DNA from: Paramoeba atlantica
Taxonomy: Eukaryota; Protista; Discosea
Direction: 5' to 3'
Assembly (NCBI GenBank): GCA_977017575.1
Contig: CDRNVI010000154.1
Span: 1-64,000 of the forward strand
DNA: 64,000 bases
Shown piece after piece: positions 62,401 through 64,000 of this stretch. The notes beneath the pieces were generated by a model. It worked only from the letters and a program-made list of their open reading frames with translations. It did no database searches and had not been told where the DNA came from. A program made the position numbers and the translations under genes. Positions within the stretch are counted from its first letter, which is position 1. Every line of letters starts with the position of its first letter.

Positions 62401-64000
62401 TTATTTCTCATCACCATCTTCTTTCAAAGAAATTTCAGTTTTGAGATCATACATTCATGTGAGGAAAAGGTCTTCCTGAGCAGCTCAAATCAATTTTGGG
62501 TCTGTCACCACTTCACTTCTTCAATTTAAATTCATTTGAGTTGCTCGAATTTCTTGTGGGATATTCAAAGAGGTTTGATATTGATTTGCTAAAGAATGGC
62601 TGTATCAAAAACAAAGTCCAGTTGTGAGGACTTTAGCGTTCAGATTTGCAGAACCTCGTTGGCTACTCTGATAGAAGTGCATATGATCCAAGTAGTGGAC
62701 CTGCTCCTCAGCTTCTGCTGCCCAAGGTCACAAATTCCCAAACTGACAATATGTATCCACTGCGTGAGCTTCCAGAATGTGGAAATAAATTCACCAGGTG
62801 GAACCCATCTCCCCTCCCCAATCCGTGAAGCTTTCCTTCCAAGAACCAATTTTTTTTTCAAAATTAATGGTGACTGCTTCACAATTTGACCCTTTTGGGG
62901 GGTCACTTGTCAGCATTTGAAAACATTCTCAAAAGGTAACCTACAATGATGTTGTGGATGGTCGATTTGGATTGCAATAAAAGATTCTTTCGACATTCTC
63001 CAATACTTGCCACATTTGAGTGCCTGTGTATCGCCCCAATTTCCAATTTCCATCATCACCAACTCGGAATCGAAAAGGAATTTTACATTTAGAAAACACA
63101 AAGACCAGCAACTTCTTTTTTTTTTTTTGAGGCAGACTTTATTCAATTAGTAGTTCTTAATCTAAGCCATTTGAATTACATTAAATTATGTTTGTTTTTA
63201 ACCTCTAACGAGAGGTGAAGTTTTAAACTTCAGCTTAGTTCAGTCGGTCTTTATGCTGAACTTTAGAACTTCTGCAAGTTCAGGCTGGAGGATGCACATC
63301 AGAAGGGAGAATAATCCAAAGCTCCTTCCAAGGGAATTTATCCTCAACTTTTTAGCAGACAGGGCTGAGATGTAACCTGTTCCGATTTTCACACTTCTTC
63401 AAGAGCTCCTCACTCCAATCAAATCACTCTACAGCACCAGAAAAATTTTTCCATAATATCGAAAAACTGGGATTTGAACTCGCCCCCCCGGGGTTGGACA
63501 TAGTCGAATTTACGACTAAACTACGGGCGCCAACCCAAAAAAAGACCAGCAACTTCAATGATTTGGTCTTCAATGAGTGATTCTTCTCAAATCGTTCTTT
63601 TGTGGAGCTTTTCTCATATTCTTCCTCCAGATGAGATTTCAACAAAAGGAAAGAGGAAGGTGAAGAAGAAGAAGATGAAGAGGAAGAGGAAGAGGAAGAG
63701 GAAGAAGATGAAGATGAGGAGGGTAAGGAAGATGAAGGTGAGTTCAATGATGAGGATGAACATGAAGAGAAATCTTGAAAGTCAGCCCACCACTTTGCTA
63801 TTAAATCAATTCTCAAAATTAAATGAGCTGAGTTCTTCGGTATCTTTTACTTACAAAAGTTTGATTTCCATTCGTCCTGCAATGACTCACTGTTCAATCC
63901 AACCATTTTTCCTCTTCTCAAAATTGTGTATTCTCGTTAGAATATCAATAGAAAAGCAAGAGATTAAGTTCATCATGGCATTTCTGTTGAGACCTCCCCC
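62401..64000 (-). pseudogene. RAG1/Transib/Chapaev-like DDE transposase, C-terminal part (runs off the window)
   Basis: CKIPFRFRVGDDGNWKLGRYTG...IYFHILEAHAVDTYCQFGNL*PWAAEAEEQVH...FYQSSQRG; 7 TGA and 1 TAG in 62401-63115; SINE insertion; Ser-rich insert at ~63650-63770. Confidence 0.75.
63116..63536 (-). mobile_element. SINE-A (young, CpG-rich)
   Basis: 16-bp TSD AAAGACCAGCAACTTC at 63100-63115 and 63541-63556. Confidence 0.95.

Noticed and set aside
63798-63854. 57-nt GTAAGT...TAATAG intron in the transposase
   Set aside because: Splicing it would remove the motif-like SAHLILRI and would not join the best upstream frame; a frameshift plus a C>T stop is equally possible, so it is left unresolved.
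56685-64000. UGA reassigned to a sense codon (variant genetic code), since many ORFs are broken only by TGA
   Set aside because: Paired TE copies show CGA/TGA/CAA polymorphism at the same codons, CGA codons persist in these ORFs, and TGA positions do not fall on conserved Trp; CpG decay explains the pattern more simply.

Overview
This is an AT-rich eukaryotic window (protist- or fungus-like; the taxon cannot be determined) made almost entirely of nested, decaying mobile DNA. I found no intact host gene. Contents: four Ty1/copia families (A in two copies, B full length, C and D as fragments), a Gypsy pol relic, two L1-type LINE families carrying an RNase H, two tRNA-headed poly(A) SINE families (about 20 copies), two MITE-like elements and an unclassified ~2-kb repeat. 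All repeats show heavy C>T/G>A decay concentrated at CpG; the same ancestral CGA codon is TGA in one copy and CAA in another. The main finding is at 56.7-64 kb. Reading TGA as decayed CGA reveals a four-gene block: a TET/JBP-type 2OG-Fe(II) dioxygenase (HxDxxN...Hxs...Kx5F) whose stop codon lies 3 bp from the stop of a convergent RAG1/Transib/Chapaev-like transposase (YFH-x4-H...W-x-x-E-x-x-E), two unknown ORFs, and a ~200-bp hairpin tandem array. This is a candidate DNA transposon carrying its own 5mC-oxidising enzyme in a methylated TE landscape. All family assignments come from manual motif reading, not database searches.
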